DNA of 64,000 bases, from contig JBJBCN010000002.1 in NCBI GenBank assembly GCA_047285805.1, positions 1,248,001-1,312,000 on the forward strand, in the 5' to 3' direction. The notes beneath the pieces were generated by a model. The model ran no database searches and had not been told where the DNA came from. It saw nothing but the letters and a program-made list of their open reading frames with translations. This DNA comes from Synechococcus sp. GTDB taxonomy: Bacteria > Cyanobacteriota > Cyanobacteriia > PCC-6307 > Cyanobiaceae. Shown here piece after piece: positions 41,153 to 51,441 of the stretch (the stretch's first letter is position 1; each line of letters starts with the position of its first letter). Position numbers and translations under genes: made by a program.

Positions 41153-42474
41153 GCCAGCGAGAGCCGCGCCGCAAAGAAGCCATCACCGGCTCCCGTCAGT
41201 TGTCCCGGCCAGAGCTGCCAGCTCTTCTCAAGCCGCAGCTGGGGGTGATCCTTCAGGAACGTCTCCAACAGCTCGCCATTCTCCTCGGGATGCACCGTGC
41301 AGGTGGCATAGACCAGGCGACCACCGGGCTTGAGCAGGGGCAGCAGCCCCTCCAGCAGCTGGCGCTGCAGGGTCACCAGCCCTGCAATGGCAGCGGGGTC
41401 GATCCGCCAGCGGGCATCGGCATGGCGCGCCAGGGTGCCTAACCCAGAGCACGGCGCATCAATCAAGAGGGCATCGAATTGACCGACCAGTTCCGGCACC
41501 TCCGACGCCAAGGCGACGGCATCCCCGTGCCGGGTCTCAATGCAGCCCAAGCCCAGGCGTTCGCTGTTGCGGGCCACCCTGCGCAAGCGCGCCTCGCCGC
41601 GGTCAAGTGCCAGCACCTGCCCTTGATCACCCATCAGTTCCGCCAGATGCGTGCTTTTACCCCCCGGGGCTGCGCAAGCATCGAGGACCCGCTCACCTGG
41701 CTTGGGATCGAGCAACGGCGCAATCCGCTGAGCCGATCGGTCTTGAACGCACCAGTGGCCTTCGTCGTAGCCGGGCAGATGGCGCAGATCACCGGAGCGG
41801 CCTTTAATGGTCAAGCCCGCCGCTAGGCCCTCGATCGGCTCAGCGACCAACCCCGCCGCGGCGAGGGCCGCCTGAACCACTTCCGGGGTGGCGCGCAGAC
41901 GATTGACCCGCAGGTCCAGGGCCGGAATGGTATTGCAGGCCAGCGCGAAGGCTTCGGCCTGCTCGGGGCTCTGCCACTGAAGCAGGCCCGCCGCGAGCCA
42001 ATCCGGCAGGGACTGGCGGATGGCCAGGGCCGCCGCGGGGTCACTCGGCAGAGGCAGGGCTTCACCGGCCTCCTGGCGACGCAGGAACGCCCGCAACATG
42101 CCGTTGACCACTGGGGCCAGTCGGCTCAAACCACCGCGCTTGGCGAGCTCCACCGTGGTGCTGACCGCCGCCGAGGCAGGAATGCGGTCACTGCTGAGCA
42201 GTTGATAGAGCCCCAGGTGCAACAGCCAGCGCAACTTGGGGGGTTGACGCTCCGCTGGCACCTTGCCTAGTTGATCCAGCCAGGCATCCAGCAGTCTCCG
42301 CTGACGGATCGCGCCGTAGGCCAGTTCAGTGGCGAGGCCCCGGTCTGGGGCAGAGAGGTCCGTCCGGCCCAGCTCCCGCTCGAGGGCGCCGTCGGCGTAG
42401 GCCCCGGCCGCGACCGCCTGCAGCACCTGCCATGCGACCTGACGGGAGGCCAATCCAGGAGGGGTGCTGCTCAT
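41149..42474 (-). CDS. rsmB: 16S rRNA m5C967 methyltransferase
   Basis: NusB-like N-terminus, DACAAPGGK, DAPCSGLG, YATCT. Confidence 0.95.
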   Translation of the reverse strand: MSSTPPGLASRQVAWQVLQAVAAGAYADGALERELGRTDLSAPDRGLATELAYGAIRQRRLLDAWLDQLGKVPAERQPPKLRWLLHLGLYQLLSSDRIPASAAVSTTVELAKRGGLSRLAPVVNGMLRAFLRRQEAGEALPLPSDPAAALAIRQSLPDWLAAGLLQWQSPEQAEAFALACNTIPALDLRVNRLRATPEVVQAALAAAGLVAEPIEGLAAGLTIKGRSGDLRHLPGYDEGHWCVQDRSAQRIAPLLDPKPGERVLDACAAPGGKSTHLAELMGDQGQVLALDRGEARLRRVARNSERLGLGCIETRHGDAVALASEVPELVGQFDALLIDAPCSGLGTLARHADARWRIDPAAIAGLVTLQRQLLEGLLPLLKPGGRLVYATCTVHPEENGELLETFLKDHPQLRLEKSWQLWPGQLTGAGDGFFAARLSLA

Positions 42475-42803
42475 CCCCCACAACTAGCGCCCGGCGACCA
42501 GCGGAACTCAGCCAAGGGGAGCCGGCCCTCGGCATCCACTGGGATGCCCTCGGCGATCAGCAAGTCCCGCTGCATCCAGTCGGAGCCCTCGCGGCTGAGG
42601 CTCAAGGCGATACAGCCCTTGGCATTGACCACCCGCTGCCAGGGGACCTCGGACGGCAGGGGCAGGCGGCGCAGGGCCCAGCCCACCTGGCGGGCGCAGC
42701 CATAGGCCCCGATCAGCTCCGCGATTTGGCCATAGGTGGCCAGCCGTCCTGGGGGAATCTGGGCCACGGCCTGCCAGACCCGCTCATCGAAGCTCCGCTC
42801 CAT
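42471..42803 (-). CDS. MGMT-family alkyltransferase-like (ATL) protein
   Basis: IPPGRLATYGQIA, ARQVG, PWQRV with Trp in place of the active Cys. Confidence 0.88.
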   Translation of the reverse strand: MERSFDERVWQAVAQIPPGRLATYGQIAELIGAYGCARQVGWALRRLPLPSEVPWQRVVNAKGCIALSLSREGSDWMQRDLLIAEGIPVDAEGRLPLAEFRWSPGASCGG

Positions 42804-42852
42804 GGGCTACGAAGCCAATCAGACACCATGGATGTTGGCCCCTGCCTCGCCG

Positions 42853-43548
42853 ATGCCGCTGCTTCCCCGCCGCTTTAAGCGCCTCCGGTCGGTGCTGAAC
42901 CACCGGATGAGCGATCTGACGGTGGTGATGGAGCAGGTTGACAAGCCGCACAACCTCTCGGCGATCCTGCGCACCTGCGACGCCGTCGGGGTGCTCGAGG
43001 CCCATGTCGTGAGCCTGCCCGGCCGACCGCGCACGTTCAACAACACCGCCAAGGGCAGCCAGAAATGGGTGCCGCTCCACCCGCACCCGAGCATCGAGGG
43101 CTGCCTGCAGGGGCTCAGGGACCAAGGCTTCCGCATCTACGGAACCCACCTGAGCGTCGACGCGGTGGACTACCGCGATTGCGATTTCACCGGTCCCAGC
43201 TGCTTCCTGATGGGGGCCGAGAAGTGGGGCATGAGCGCTGAGGCCCTGGCCCTAGTGGATCAACCGCTCTTCATCCCGATGACCGGGATGGTCCAGAGCC
43301 TGAACGTCAGCGTCGCCGCGGCCACCCTGCTCTTTGAAGCCCTGCGCCAACGGGAGCGCGCCGGCAAGGTCCCCAGCGCCGGCGAGGGCATCCCGGGGGG
43401 CGAAGACGCCTACCAGCGCATCCTCTTTGAGTGGGCCTACCCCCAAGTGGCGGACTGGTGTCGCCGCGAGGGGCGCACCTACCCGGCCCTGACCGAGGAG
43501 GGCGAGATCGCCGAGGACCTCCCCCGCACCCTGAAGCTGCGCTACTGA
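42853..43548 (+). CDS. trmH: tRNA Gm18 2'-O-methyltransferase
   Basis: KPHNLSAILRTCDAVG, GAEKWG, IPMTGMVQSLNVSVA. Confidence 0.93.
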   Translation: MPLLPRRFKRLRSVLNHRMSDLTVVMEQVDKPHNLSAILRTCDAVGVLEAHVVSLPGRPRTFNNTAKGSQKWVPLHPHPSIEGCLQGLRDQGFRIYGTHLSVDAVDYRDCDFTGPSCFLMGAEKWGMSAEALALVDQPLFIPMTGMVQSLNVSVAAATLLFEALRQRERAGKVPSAGEGIPGGEDAYQRILFEWAYPQVADWCRREGRTYPALTEEGEIAEDLPRTLKLRY

Positions 43549-44441
43549 GACGAGCGCAGGTTGTTGCTGCTGCCGCTCAACCAACTCTCAAGTCCCTCCC
43601 CAAGGAACGAGAGGCCCAGCACGAGAACAAACATCGCCACCCCGGGGTAGAGAGCCGTCCACCAGACCCCGGTGGGCAGGGCATTAAGGGCCTGCTGCAG
43701 ATCACTACCCCACTCCGGCACGGTCTCGGGCAGACCTAGGCCGAGGAAGCCCAGACCGCCGAGCACGAGCACCGCGTCAGCAGCGTTCAGGGTCAGCAGA
43801 ACCGGCACCGAGGTGATGACGTTGCGGAAGAGGTAGCGGCGCAGGATCCACCAGGGACTCGCCCCTAGGGAGCGGGCCGCTTCCACGTAGAGCTCCGCCT
43901 TGACCTGGGCGGTCTGGTTGCGGACCACCCGGAAGTACTGCGGGATGTAGACGACACAGAGGGCGGCGGCGGCATTGGGCAGGCCCTTGCCCAGCAGGAA
44001 GGCCAGCACCACCGACAAAAGCAGAACGGGCAGCGTGTACAGCGTGTCCATCAGCAGCACCAGGACCCGGTCGAGCCAACCGCCGAGGTAGCCGCTGACC
44101 ATCCCCAGGGGAACACCAATCACCAGGGCCGAGACCAGGGCCACCACCACCACCTGGAGGGCCACCCCGCTGCCCGCCAGGGTCCGGCTACAGACGTCGC
44201 GGCCGAGGCGATCGGTGCCGCACCAGTGCTGCCAGGACGGCGGCGCATAAATCGGGTTCTCCAGCCCGCCATTCACCTCGGGCAGCAGACCCAAGTGAAT
44301 GAACAGCGGCGTCAGCACCGCCACCAGGGCGTACACCAGAACGATCACCACACCCCAGCGGGCCATCCGGGCCGCCAGGCTGCGGGGGCGCCAGGCAAGA
44401 AGGCGCGATGCCGCAGATGTGGGTAAGAAAGGGGGAGTCAT
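43542..44441 (-). CDS. Peptide/nickel ABC transporter permease (DppC-like)
   Basis: GTDRLGRDV, YVEAARSLGAS, FLGLG..PEWG. Confidence 0.92.
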   Translation of the reverse strand: MTPPFLPTSAASRLLAWRPRSLAARMARWGVVIVLVYALVAVLTPLFIHLGLLPEVNGGLENPIYAPPSWQHWCGTDRLGRDVCSRTLAGSGVALQVVVVALVSALVIGVPLGMVSGYLGGWLDRVLVLLMDTLYTLPVLLLSVVLAFLLGKGLPNAAAALCVVYIPQYFRVVRNQTAQVKAELYVEAARSLGASPWWILRRYLFRNVITSVPVLLTLNAADAVLVLGGLGFLGLGLPETVPEWGSDLQQALNALPTGVWWTALYPGVAMFVLVLGLSFLGEGLESWLSGSSNNLRSSQ

Positions 44442-44452
44442 TGCGGCACACC

Positions 44453-45259
44453 ATGCCACCGATGGCTCCAGGCAGCCAAGCCACCCGCCTGCTGCTCGCG
44501 GACGACGATCCCAAGCTGCGGCAGTTCCTGGAGCTGGAGCTCAGCGAAGAGGGCTATGCGGTCCAGAGCGCCGCGAGCGGGATGGAGGCCCTACTGGAGA
44601 TTCGCCAGGAGAAGCCAGAGCTGGTGATCCTCGACTGGATGCTCCCGGACCTCAGCGGCGTCGAGGTCTGCCAGCGGCTGCGCTCCACCGGACTCGGGAT
44701 GCCGGTACTGATGCGCACCGGCCGTGATGCCGTGGCCGATCGGGTCGAGGCCCTCGACGCCGGAGCTGACGACTACCTGGTGAAGCCGTTCTCGATCGAA
44801 GAGCTCCTGGCGCGGCTACGGGCCCTGGCCCGGCGCGGGGCGAGCAGCGAGCCCGGCCTGCTGCAGATCGACGACCTAGTGCTGAACAACGCCAGCCATG
44901 AGGTCAGCCGAGGCAGGGCCGCGATCCACCTGAACCTGACGGAATTCAGCCTGCTGCCGGAGCTGATGCGCAAACCGGGGCGGGTCAAGAGCCCCGAACA
45001 GCTGCTCCACAGCGTCTGGGGCGAGGGCTTCGTCGGCGACAGCGACGTCCTGGATACCTACGTGCGCCAACTGCTCCGCAAGCTGGAGTCCGAGGGGCAG
45101 CCGACGTTGATCCAGACGGTGCGCGGCGTCGGCTTCCCACTCAAATCCGGGCCCCCGAAGGCCATGGCGGCATGCCCCCACTGTTGGCCGTGGTTGATGA
45201 CGACCCGGGCATCCGCGAGGTCTTGGCCTGCGAGCTGGAGGACAAACGGGCCGAGGTGA
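44453..45259 (+). CDS. OmpR-family response regulator with a run-on C-terminus (possibly decaying)
   Basis: LADDD, ILDWMLP, GADDYLVKPF, IQTVRGVG; about 30 extra residues after the winged helix. Confidence 0.8.
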   Translation: MPPMAPGSQATRLLLADDDPKLRQFLELELSEEGYAVQSAASGMEALLEIRQEKPELVILDWMLPDLSGVEVCQRLRSTGLGMPVLMRTGRDAVADRVEALDAGADDYLVKPFSIEELLARLRALARRGASSEPGLLQIDDLVLNNASHEVSRGRAAIHLNLTEFSLLPELMRKPGRVKSPEQLLHSVWGEGFVGDSDVLDTYVRQLLRKLESEGQPTLIQTVRGVGFPLKSGPPKAMAACPHCWPWLMTTRASARSWPASWRTNGPR

Positions 45260-45329
45260 GGCGCTGCCTCGAAGGAGGCGAGCTACTGGCGAATGCCCGG
45301 CTGAATGAGTGGAGCTAGTGCTGCTGGAT
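45172..45329 (+). pseudogene. Truncated receiver-domain gene
   Basis: MPPLLAVVDDDPGIREVLACELED.., then a frameshift to VELVLLD, ending at the phosphoacceptor Asp. Confidence 0.6.
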
Positions 45330-45711
45330 TGTGATCGTGGGCTTGCTCACGGCCCTTGCCCTACCTAATTTCACCGGTCAAGCAGCCAAAGCGAAGATGA
45401 CTGAGTCGAAAACGCTGGCTGCTTCGTCTCTGAAGCAAGCAGCAGCGGCCCACGCCGAGAACAGCGCGACTGGGGTTCTGCAATGGCAACGCAAAGAGCG
45501 CCCAGCCACAACGCGTTATTTCTCCTTTAACTGCAACGGAGCAGCTGGAACGCTGCCTCGTGTCATCGCCGTTGGCACAAACCAATCAGGCGAACTCGAA
45601 AACAAATGGCTGATGGCACAGTTGGACCTCGACACCAAGGACTCCAGCTTTGGCCAAATCAAGATGTGCGGAACCATGCCAGGGCTTCCCAGCTGCTGCC
45701 CAGGTGGCTAA
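45328..45711 (+). pseudogene. Type IV pilin-like gene lacking its prepilin leader and GFTLxE start
   Basis: IVIVGLLTALALPNF...AKAK..E alpha-1 helix; in-frame stop just upstream. Confidence 0.65.
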
Positions 45712-45720
45712 GCCAAGGTC

Positions 45721-46434
45721 ATGATGAGCGGCGGCCACGGTGGAGTGACTCGGGAGCAGCTTGCCCGCTGGGGCCTGTTTCATCAGGTGCGGCGAGAAGC
45801 TTGTATCGACCAACTCATATCGGAAGTCGAACAACCCGACTCCAACCAGCTGAAGATCTTGCAAGAGCAATGGCTCCAGGCGCATGAAATAACTAACCGG
45901 CAGGCACTACAAAACTGGCTGCAGAATGAGGGGCTCACCCAAGAGACATGGACCGAGCTGATCAGCCGCCCCTGGCGCTGGCAGCAGTGGTGCCAGCGCC
46001 ATTTCAAGGACCAACTCACGACCTACTACCTCAAGCGCAAACCGCTCCTCGATCGAGTGAGCTATTCCCTGCTACGCGTTAAAGACAAAGCGCTGGCAAC
46101 GGAGCTATACCTACGTATCAAGGAAAGGGAAGCGACCTTTGAGCAGGTGGCCTCCGAATATTCAGCCGGCCCCGAACGCAACAGCGGCGGCCAACTCGGC
46201 CCGGTCCCGATGCAGCAGCCCCACCCGGTCCTGGCCCGGCTGCTGCAGGTCAGCAGCCCCGGTCAGCTCTGGTCCCCGCAGCAGCTGGAGAACTGGTGGA
46301 TCGTGGTGCGCCTAATCCAACTCCACACGACCGAGCTCGATAGCAACACGGCCCAACAGCTCGCCCTAGAGCTAGGCGAACAGCATCTGGAGCAGATCTT
46401 GGAACTTTCAAAAACAACAACACCAAACTCCTGA
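45721..46434 (+). CDS. PpiC-type peptidylprolyl isomerase associated with T1SS
   Basis: YSLLRV, ELYLRI.E.EATF..VA.EYS.GPE...GG.LGP. Confidence 0.88.
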   Translation: MMSGGHGGVTREQLARWGLFHQVRREACIDQLISEVEQPDSNQLKILQEQWLQAHEITNRQALQNWLQNEGLTQETWTELISRPWRWQQWCQRHFKDQLTTYYLKRKPLLDRVSYSLLRVKDKALATELYLRIKEREATFEQVASEYSAGPERNSGGQLGPVPMQQPHPVLARLLQVSSPGQLWSPQQLENWWIVVRLIQLHTTELDSNTAQQLALELGEQHLEQILELSKTTTPNS

Positions 46435-46452
46435 AGCCGCCAATACCATGTA

Positions 46453-49410
46453 GTGATGGTGGATGCCCCTCCTCGACGGGTCTTTCAAGGCTGGGGGCCC
46501 CTCGAGACCCTTCCTCAAAACCTGCAGGAGCAACTGCAACCCCAGCTACAGAGCATCAGCCTGCAGCCCGGCGAGATGCTCTATGACTTTGAGCATCTCC
46601 CCCCCGGTGTTCTCTATCTCCAGCAGGGACAACTGCGTCTGCTAGGGCTGGATCAGCGCAAAGAACCCTTCACCCTGGAGCGCTACAACAGCGGTCAACT
46701 TGCCGGCGCCGAATTACTGCTCCGTGGCATCCCCGGCCAAGCCATGGCGGCCTCCACGGCGCTGCAGGCCTCCCTGCTACCGGCTGAACTCTTTATGCAG
46801 CTGATCCAGCAGCACCCGGCGCTGCTCAGCGGCTTCCGGGAGCTCCGGCCAGCTGAGCTCTACGCGGTGACGGCATCCCGCAACGATCCGCGGCTACCGG
46901 CCGCCCAGGAGCTGCTGCAATGGGCCCGCCAGGAATGCAGTCAGGCAAACGAGATTGAACTCCTTCCGCCGGGGGAACAGCAGCTCAGCGATGCCGCCGG
47001 CCGCTGGCTAATCAGCAGCGGAAATATCATGGGCGTGACCCCAGGCACCCTGCTGAAGGGCACCGCCAAGCTCACCGTGCTGGGCCGGCTTCCAGCGCGT
47101 TTATTGCCGGTCCCAGCCCACTGGCCACCCCAACGACAACAGGAACCGAGCAATCTGGCGGCGGCCCCAGCCCCAAGCGAGCCCGCCCGGAGCCTGCAGC
47201 TCCAGCGGGAGGCCCTTGAAGACTGGTATGGCCGGCTGCGTGATGACGGCACCTTCCCCCAACACAACGGCACGGGGCCCGTAGAAGAGCCCCTGGCCTG
47301 CCTGCGGATGCTCTCGCGGTACTTCGATCTGCCCTTCCGCCGTGATGTCCTGCGGCGGGTGCTCTACGACCAGGTGCAACGGGCCGAGACTGCCGGACTC
47401 GGCCTGCAACAAATGGCAGCCATCTGCGATCTGCTTGGCCTGCGCTGCACGCCGCTGCGACCCTCCGCCACCCAACTACTGGAGCGCCTGCCGCTGCCGG
47501 CCCTCTGCGTCCTCAGCGGCCACCCGGTGGTCTTCTGGCAGCAAAAGAGCAGTCAAATCCTCGTTGGCGATCCCCTGCGGGGTCAGCAGTGGGTTCCCTG
47601 TGATGAGCTCCTGGGCCAGAGCCAGGGAGAGGCCCTTCCCTTGCTCTATCTCGAGGCCAACGCCAGCACCCCCAAGGCCCGCTTTGGCCTCAGCTGGTTC
47701 ATCCCCGCCATCCGCAAGCACCGCAACAGCCTGATCCAAGTGGTGGTGGCGAGCTTCTTTGTTCAGCTGCTGGGTCTCTTCAACCCGTTGCTAATCCAGC
47801 AAATCATCGACGCGGTGATCAGCCAGGGGAATTTCGCCAGCCTCAACGTCCTCGGCACCCTGTTGGTGGCGATGGCGCTCGCCCAGGCCCTAATGGGTGC
47901 CCTGCGCACTTATCTCTTCTCGGACACCACCAACCGGATCGACATCTCGCTTGGAGCGACGATCATCCACCACCTGTTGCGGCTGCCCCTGGGCTATTTC
48001 GCCAAGCGGCCGGTGGGCGAAGTCAGCAGCCGCATTTCTGAGCTGGAGAAGATTCGCCGCTTCCTTACCGGCACCGCCCTGACAGTGCTGCTGGATGCAG
48101 TCTTCTCGATGATCTACATCGGCGTGATGCTGCTCTATTCGGTGCAGCTGACCTTCTGGGCCCTCGCCGTTCTGCCCCTCTTTGTCGCGCTAACGATAGG
48201 GGTAGCGCCGGTCATCCGCCGGCAACTGCGCCAACAGGCGGAAGCCAATGCTCGGGTCCAGAGCCATCTGGTGGAAACCCTCTCCGGCATGGAGACCGTG
48301 AAGGGCCAGGGGATGGAATTGCCCAGCGAGTGGCGCTGGGAGCAGCTCTATGGCAGCCAGATCCAGGCCGGCTTCCGCAACACCGTCACCAGCACCGCGG
48401 CGGGCTCCGCCAGCCAATTCCTCGAGCAGATCTCGGGCCTGCTCGTGATCTGGATGGGCGCAATCCTCGTGCTCAAAGGCCAACTCACCCTGGGGCAACT
48501 AATTGCCTTCCGGATCCTCTCGGGCTACGTCACCAGCCCCCTCCTGCGGCTGGCCAGCCTCTGGCAGAACTTCCAGGAAACGGCGCTTTCGCTGGAGCGG
48601 TTGTCCGACATCGTCGATCACCGCGAGGAGATCGAGATCGCCGGCGAGAACCTGCCGCCGCTGCCGCCGATTCAGGGCGCGATCACCTACGAGGGCGTCA
48701 ATTTCCGCTTCGCCAGCAGCGGGCCGCTGCAGCTGCTGAACGTCAGCTTTGAGATCAAGCCCGGTGAGTTCGTCGGCATCGTCGGCAGCAGCGGGTCCGG
48801 CAAGAGCACCCTGCTCAAGCTGCTCACCCGGCTCTTTGATCCGCTGGAAGGAACAATCCGCGTCGACGGCTACGACATCTCCAAGGTGGACCTCTACTCC
48901 CTCCGCTCCCAGATCGGCGTCGTGCCACAGGACAGCCTGCTCTTTGACGGCACCGTGCAGGCCAACATCGCCCTAACCCGGCCTGAGGCGAACTTCGAGG
49001 AGATCTGCGGCGCGGCCCAGGTGGCCTGTGCACACGACTTTATTCAGGCCCTCCCAGCTGGTTACAGCAGTTCTGTCGGTGAGCGGGGGTCAGCCCTCTC
49101 CGGCGGCCAGCGCCAACGGATTGCCATCGCCAGGATGGTACTGAAACGTCCCCGGCTGCTCGTGATGGATGAGGCCACCAGTGCCCTCGATGTGGACACT
49201 GAGCGCCAGGTCACCCGCAACCTCGCCGAGGTCTACCGCGGCAGCACCGTGCTGTTCATCACCCATCGTCTTGGCAGCCTGCGCCATGCCGATCGAATCC
49301 TCGTGATGCACCAGGGCGCCCTGGTCGAGCAGGGGACCCACAGCGAGCTCATGGCCCTGGCGGGGCGCTACGCCACCTTGTACCAACAGCAGGAGGCCGG
49401 ACTGGAATGA
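46453..49410 (+). CDS. Type I secretion ABC transporter (cNMP-like + C39-like + TMD + ATPase)
   Basis: GSSGSGKST, LSGGQRQR, MDEATSALD; C39-like region (ACLRML) without the catalytic Cys motif. Confidence 0.93.
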   Translation: MMVDAPPRRVFQGWGPLETLPQNLQEQLQPQLQSISLQPGEMLYDFEHLPPGVLYLQQGQLRLLGLDQRKEPFTLERYNSGQLAGAELLLRGIPGQAMAASTALQASLLPAELFMQLIQQHPALLSGFRELRPAELYAVTASRNDPRLPAAQELLQWARQECSQANEIELLPPGEQQLSDAAGRWLISSGNIMGVTPGTLLKGTAKLTVLGRLPARLLPVPAHWPPQRQQEPSNLAAAPAPSEPARSLQLQREALEDWYGRLRDDGTFPQHNGTGPVEEPLACLRMLSRYFDLPFRRDVLRRVLYDQVQRAETAGLGLQQMAAICDLLGLRCTPLRPSATQLLERLPLPALCVLSGHPVVFWQQKSSQILVGDPLRGQQWVPCDELLGQSQGEALPLLYLEANASTPKARFGLSWFIPAIRKHRNSLIQVVVASFFVQLLGLFNPLLIQQIIDAVISQGNFASLNVLGTLLVAMALAQALMGALRTYLFSDTTNRIDISLGATIIHHLLRLPLGYFAKRPVGEVSSRISELEKIRRFLTGTALTVLLDAVFSMIYIGVMLLYSVQLTFWALAVLPLFVALTIGVAPVIRRQLRQQAEANARVQSHLVETLSGMETVKGQGMELPSEWRWEQLYGSQIQAGFRNTVTSTAAGSASQFLEQISGLLVIWMGAILVLKGQLTLGQLIAFRILSGYVTSPLLRLASLWQNFQETALSLERLSDIVDHREEIEIAGENLPPLPPIQGAITYEGVNFRFASSGPLQLLNVSFEIKPGEFVGIVGSSGSGKSTLLKLLTRLFDPLEGTIRVDGYDISKVDLYSLRSQIGVVPQDSLLFDGTVQANIALTRPEANFEEICGAAQVACAHDFIQALPAGYSSSVGERGSALSGGQRQRIAIARMVLKRPRLLVMDEATSALDVDTERQVTRNLAEVYRGSTVLFITHRLGSLRHADRILVMHQGALVEQGTHSELMALAGRYATLYQQQEAGLE

Positions 49411-50570
49411 GCACACCAGACGACCAATCCCTCGTCCCCCAGTCCGGGGGTTCCATCTCGCCACTGGAGCACCACGAGGTCCGTTACCTGGCCTCCCCCA
49501 CCTGGGCCCGGGCCCTGCTCTGGGCGATGGTCGGCAGCGTGGGCTTTGGGATCGTCTACGCCTGCATCGCTCGGATTGACGAGGTCGTCACCGCTACCGG
49601 CGAACTCCAGGCCCTGGGGGCCGAACGGCCGATCAAGGCCCCCGCACCTGGGGTCGTGAGCACCATCCCCGTCAAGGAAGGGCAGCTGGTGGGAAAGGAC
49701 CAGGTGGTTCTCCAGTTCGATCCCGAGGTCAACGACAAGCGCCTGCGCTCTCTTGAGGAACAAGAACGGCTGGAGAAGCGCCGGCTGAGCGAGCAAAACC
49801 TAGCCTTCAAAGCGCGGGAAGAGAGCCTGGCCGCCAAGATCCGGAGCCTGAAGGCCACGGCCAACACCGAGCGGGAAATCCTCAAACGCGTCGCCCCCTT
49901 GGCCGAGCAGGGCGGGATCCAGATCGTCCAGTTCCTGCAGCAGAAAAACCGCCTACAGGAACTGCAATCAGAGATCGCCCAAACCGAGGCGAACCGCCGG
50001 GAGGTGCAATCGGAAGCCCTGAAGGCCAAGCAGGAGAGCCTCAAGGAGCTGTCCAACATCGAGCGACAGCTCACCGAAACCCGCAAAGCGAGCGAATACG
50101 AATCCCTGCGCTCCCCCCTGAAGGGCCGGGTGTTTGACCTGGTGCCAGCCAGCCCGGGCTATGCGGCCGCCAACGGAGAGACCCTGCTGAAGGTCGTCCC
50201 GGATGGGGCCGTGGAGGCCAAGGTCTTCTTGACCAACGCCGATGTGGGCTTCGTCAAACCCGACATGGCCGCACAGGTGCGGGTCGATGCCTACCCCTTC
50301 ACCCAATTCGGTGACATCCCTGGAGTTCTCAAATCAATCGGGACGGAGGTACTGCCGGCCGATCAACAGCACCCGCAACCCCGCTTTCCGGCTCTGGTGG
50401 TGCTCAAGCAGCAGTACCTCGAGCGCAACGGAAGGCGGTACGACGTGCGCCCCGGTCAAAGCGTCTCGGTGAATCTGATCGTACGCGACAAACCCGTGAT
50501 CAGCCTGCTGACCGATGCGGTGGAGAAGGCCTGGGATGCCCTGCGCGGCATCAAGTCCGATCAGAGCTGA
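49407..50570 (+). CDS. HlyD-family membrane fusion protein
   Basis: IDEVVTATGEL, coiled coil, RVDAYPFTQFG. Confidence 0.93.
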   Translation: MSTPDDQSLVPQSGGSISPLEHHEVRYLASPTWARALLWAMVGSVGFGIVYACIARIDEVVTATGELQALGAERPIKAPAPGVVSTIPVKEGQLVGKDQVVLQFDPEVNDKRLRSLEEQERLEKRRLSEQNLAFKAREESLAAKIRSLKATANTEREILKRVAPLAEQGGIQIVQFLQQKNRLQELQSEIAQTEANRREVQSEALKAKQESLKELSNIERQLTETRKASEYESLRSPLKGRVFDLVPASPGYAAANGETLLKVVPDGAVEAKVFLTNADVGFVKPDMAAQVRVDAYPFTQFGDIPGVLKSIGTEVLPADQQHPQPRFPALVVLKQQYLERNGRRYDVRPGQSVSVNLIVRDKPVISLLTDAVEKAWDALRGIKSDQS

Positions 50571-50573
50571 GCC

Positions 50574-50762
50574 TTAAGCCACCGCGAGGGCCAACTCGGT
50601 GCGATTGCTGACGTTGAGCTTGCGGAACAACTGGTGCACGTGGCTTTCGACGGTGCGCTGGGACAGACACAGGAGCTGGGCGATGGCCTTGTTACTGAGA
50701 CCCTCCTTAAGCAACTCAATCACCCGCCGTTCGGCCTTGCTGATGCTGGGGCCCTCCGCCAT
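50574..50762 (-). CDS. Stand-alone LuxR-type HTH regulator
   Basis: GLSNKAIA..L.LS.RTVESH....F.KL.V.NR. Confidence 0.82.
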   Translation of the reverse strand: MAEGPSISKAERRVIELLKEGLSNKAIAQLLCLSQRTVESHVHQLFRKLNVSNRTELALAVA

Positions 50763-50867
50763 CCGGTGTGCTGCCGGTGTTGCTGACGGTAGTCCCTGAG
50801 TTCATGGGCCAGAAGCTGCAAGGGGTGCAGCCGCCGAGACGCCCGCGTCGCTGCGCTCCGCAGGGAA

Positions 50868-51440
50868 ACCGCCGGCAGCTACAGCTGGGCCGGCAGCTCT
50901 GGCGTGCGCAGCGGCTGAGGCAACTGGAGCGGCGCCTACTCGTACAGCGGCAGCTACGGCTACCAATGGAACTGGAGTGGCCGCGCCGCCTACAGCTCGA
51001 ACTACAGCTACGACAGCGGTATGCGTGCCACGGGTGATGCCACTGGCGTCCAGAACTCCAACAACGATTCCGGCAGCGGGGATGACTAGGTTGTTCTACC
51101 GGCCGACGGCAATGCAAACCCATCGACGGCAGCGAACTCTTCTCTCCCCCCTGGATCAACCCCGCTCCTACGGCGGCAGCACCCTGAAGGCCCGCACCCA
51201 AGCGGCCCAGTGGCTCGTCTCCTACGCCGGCAACCTCGTCTGCAAAGCCGTCGGTCAGCACCGCTTCTAGTGGAACCGCAACGCCATCAAACGCGCTGAG
51301 CTCTACCTCAGCTGCACCGAGAACTTGCGCCTCGAGGCCCAGAACAACTTCAGCAAGAGCGCCCATCAACTGGGCCGCCGGGACTACTGCGCAGAAGAGC
51401 GGGCCCTGCTCGCCCGCGATCAGATCAACCGCCAGGGCTG
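50868..51440 (+). pseudogene. Fragments of a Gly/Ser/Tyr/Trp-rich, probably secreted protein gene
   Basis: Frame 50868-51089: TAGSYSWAGSSGVRSG*GNWSGAYSYSGSYGYQWNWSGRAAYSSNYSYDSG..NSNNDSGSGDD*; further broken frames downstream. Confidence 0.5.
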
Positions 51441-51441
51441 G

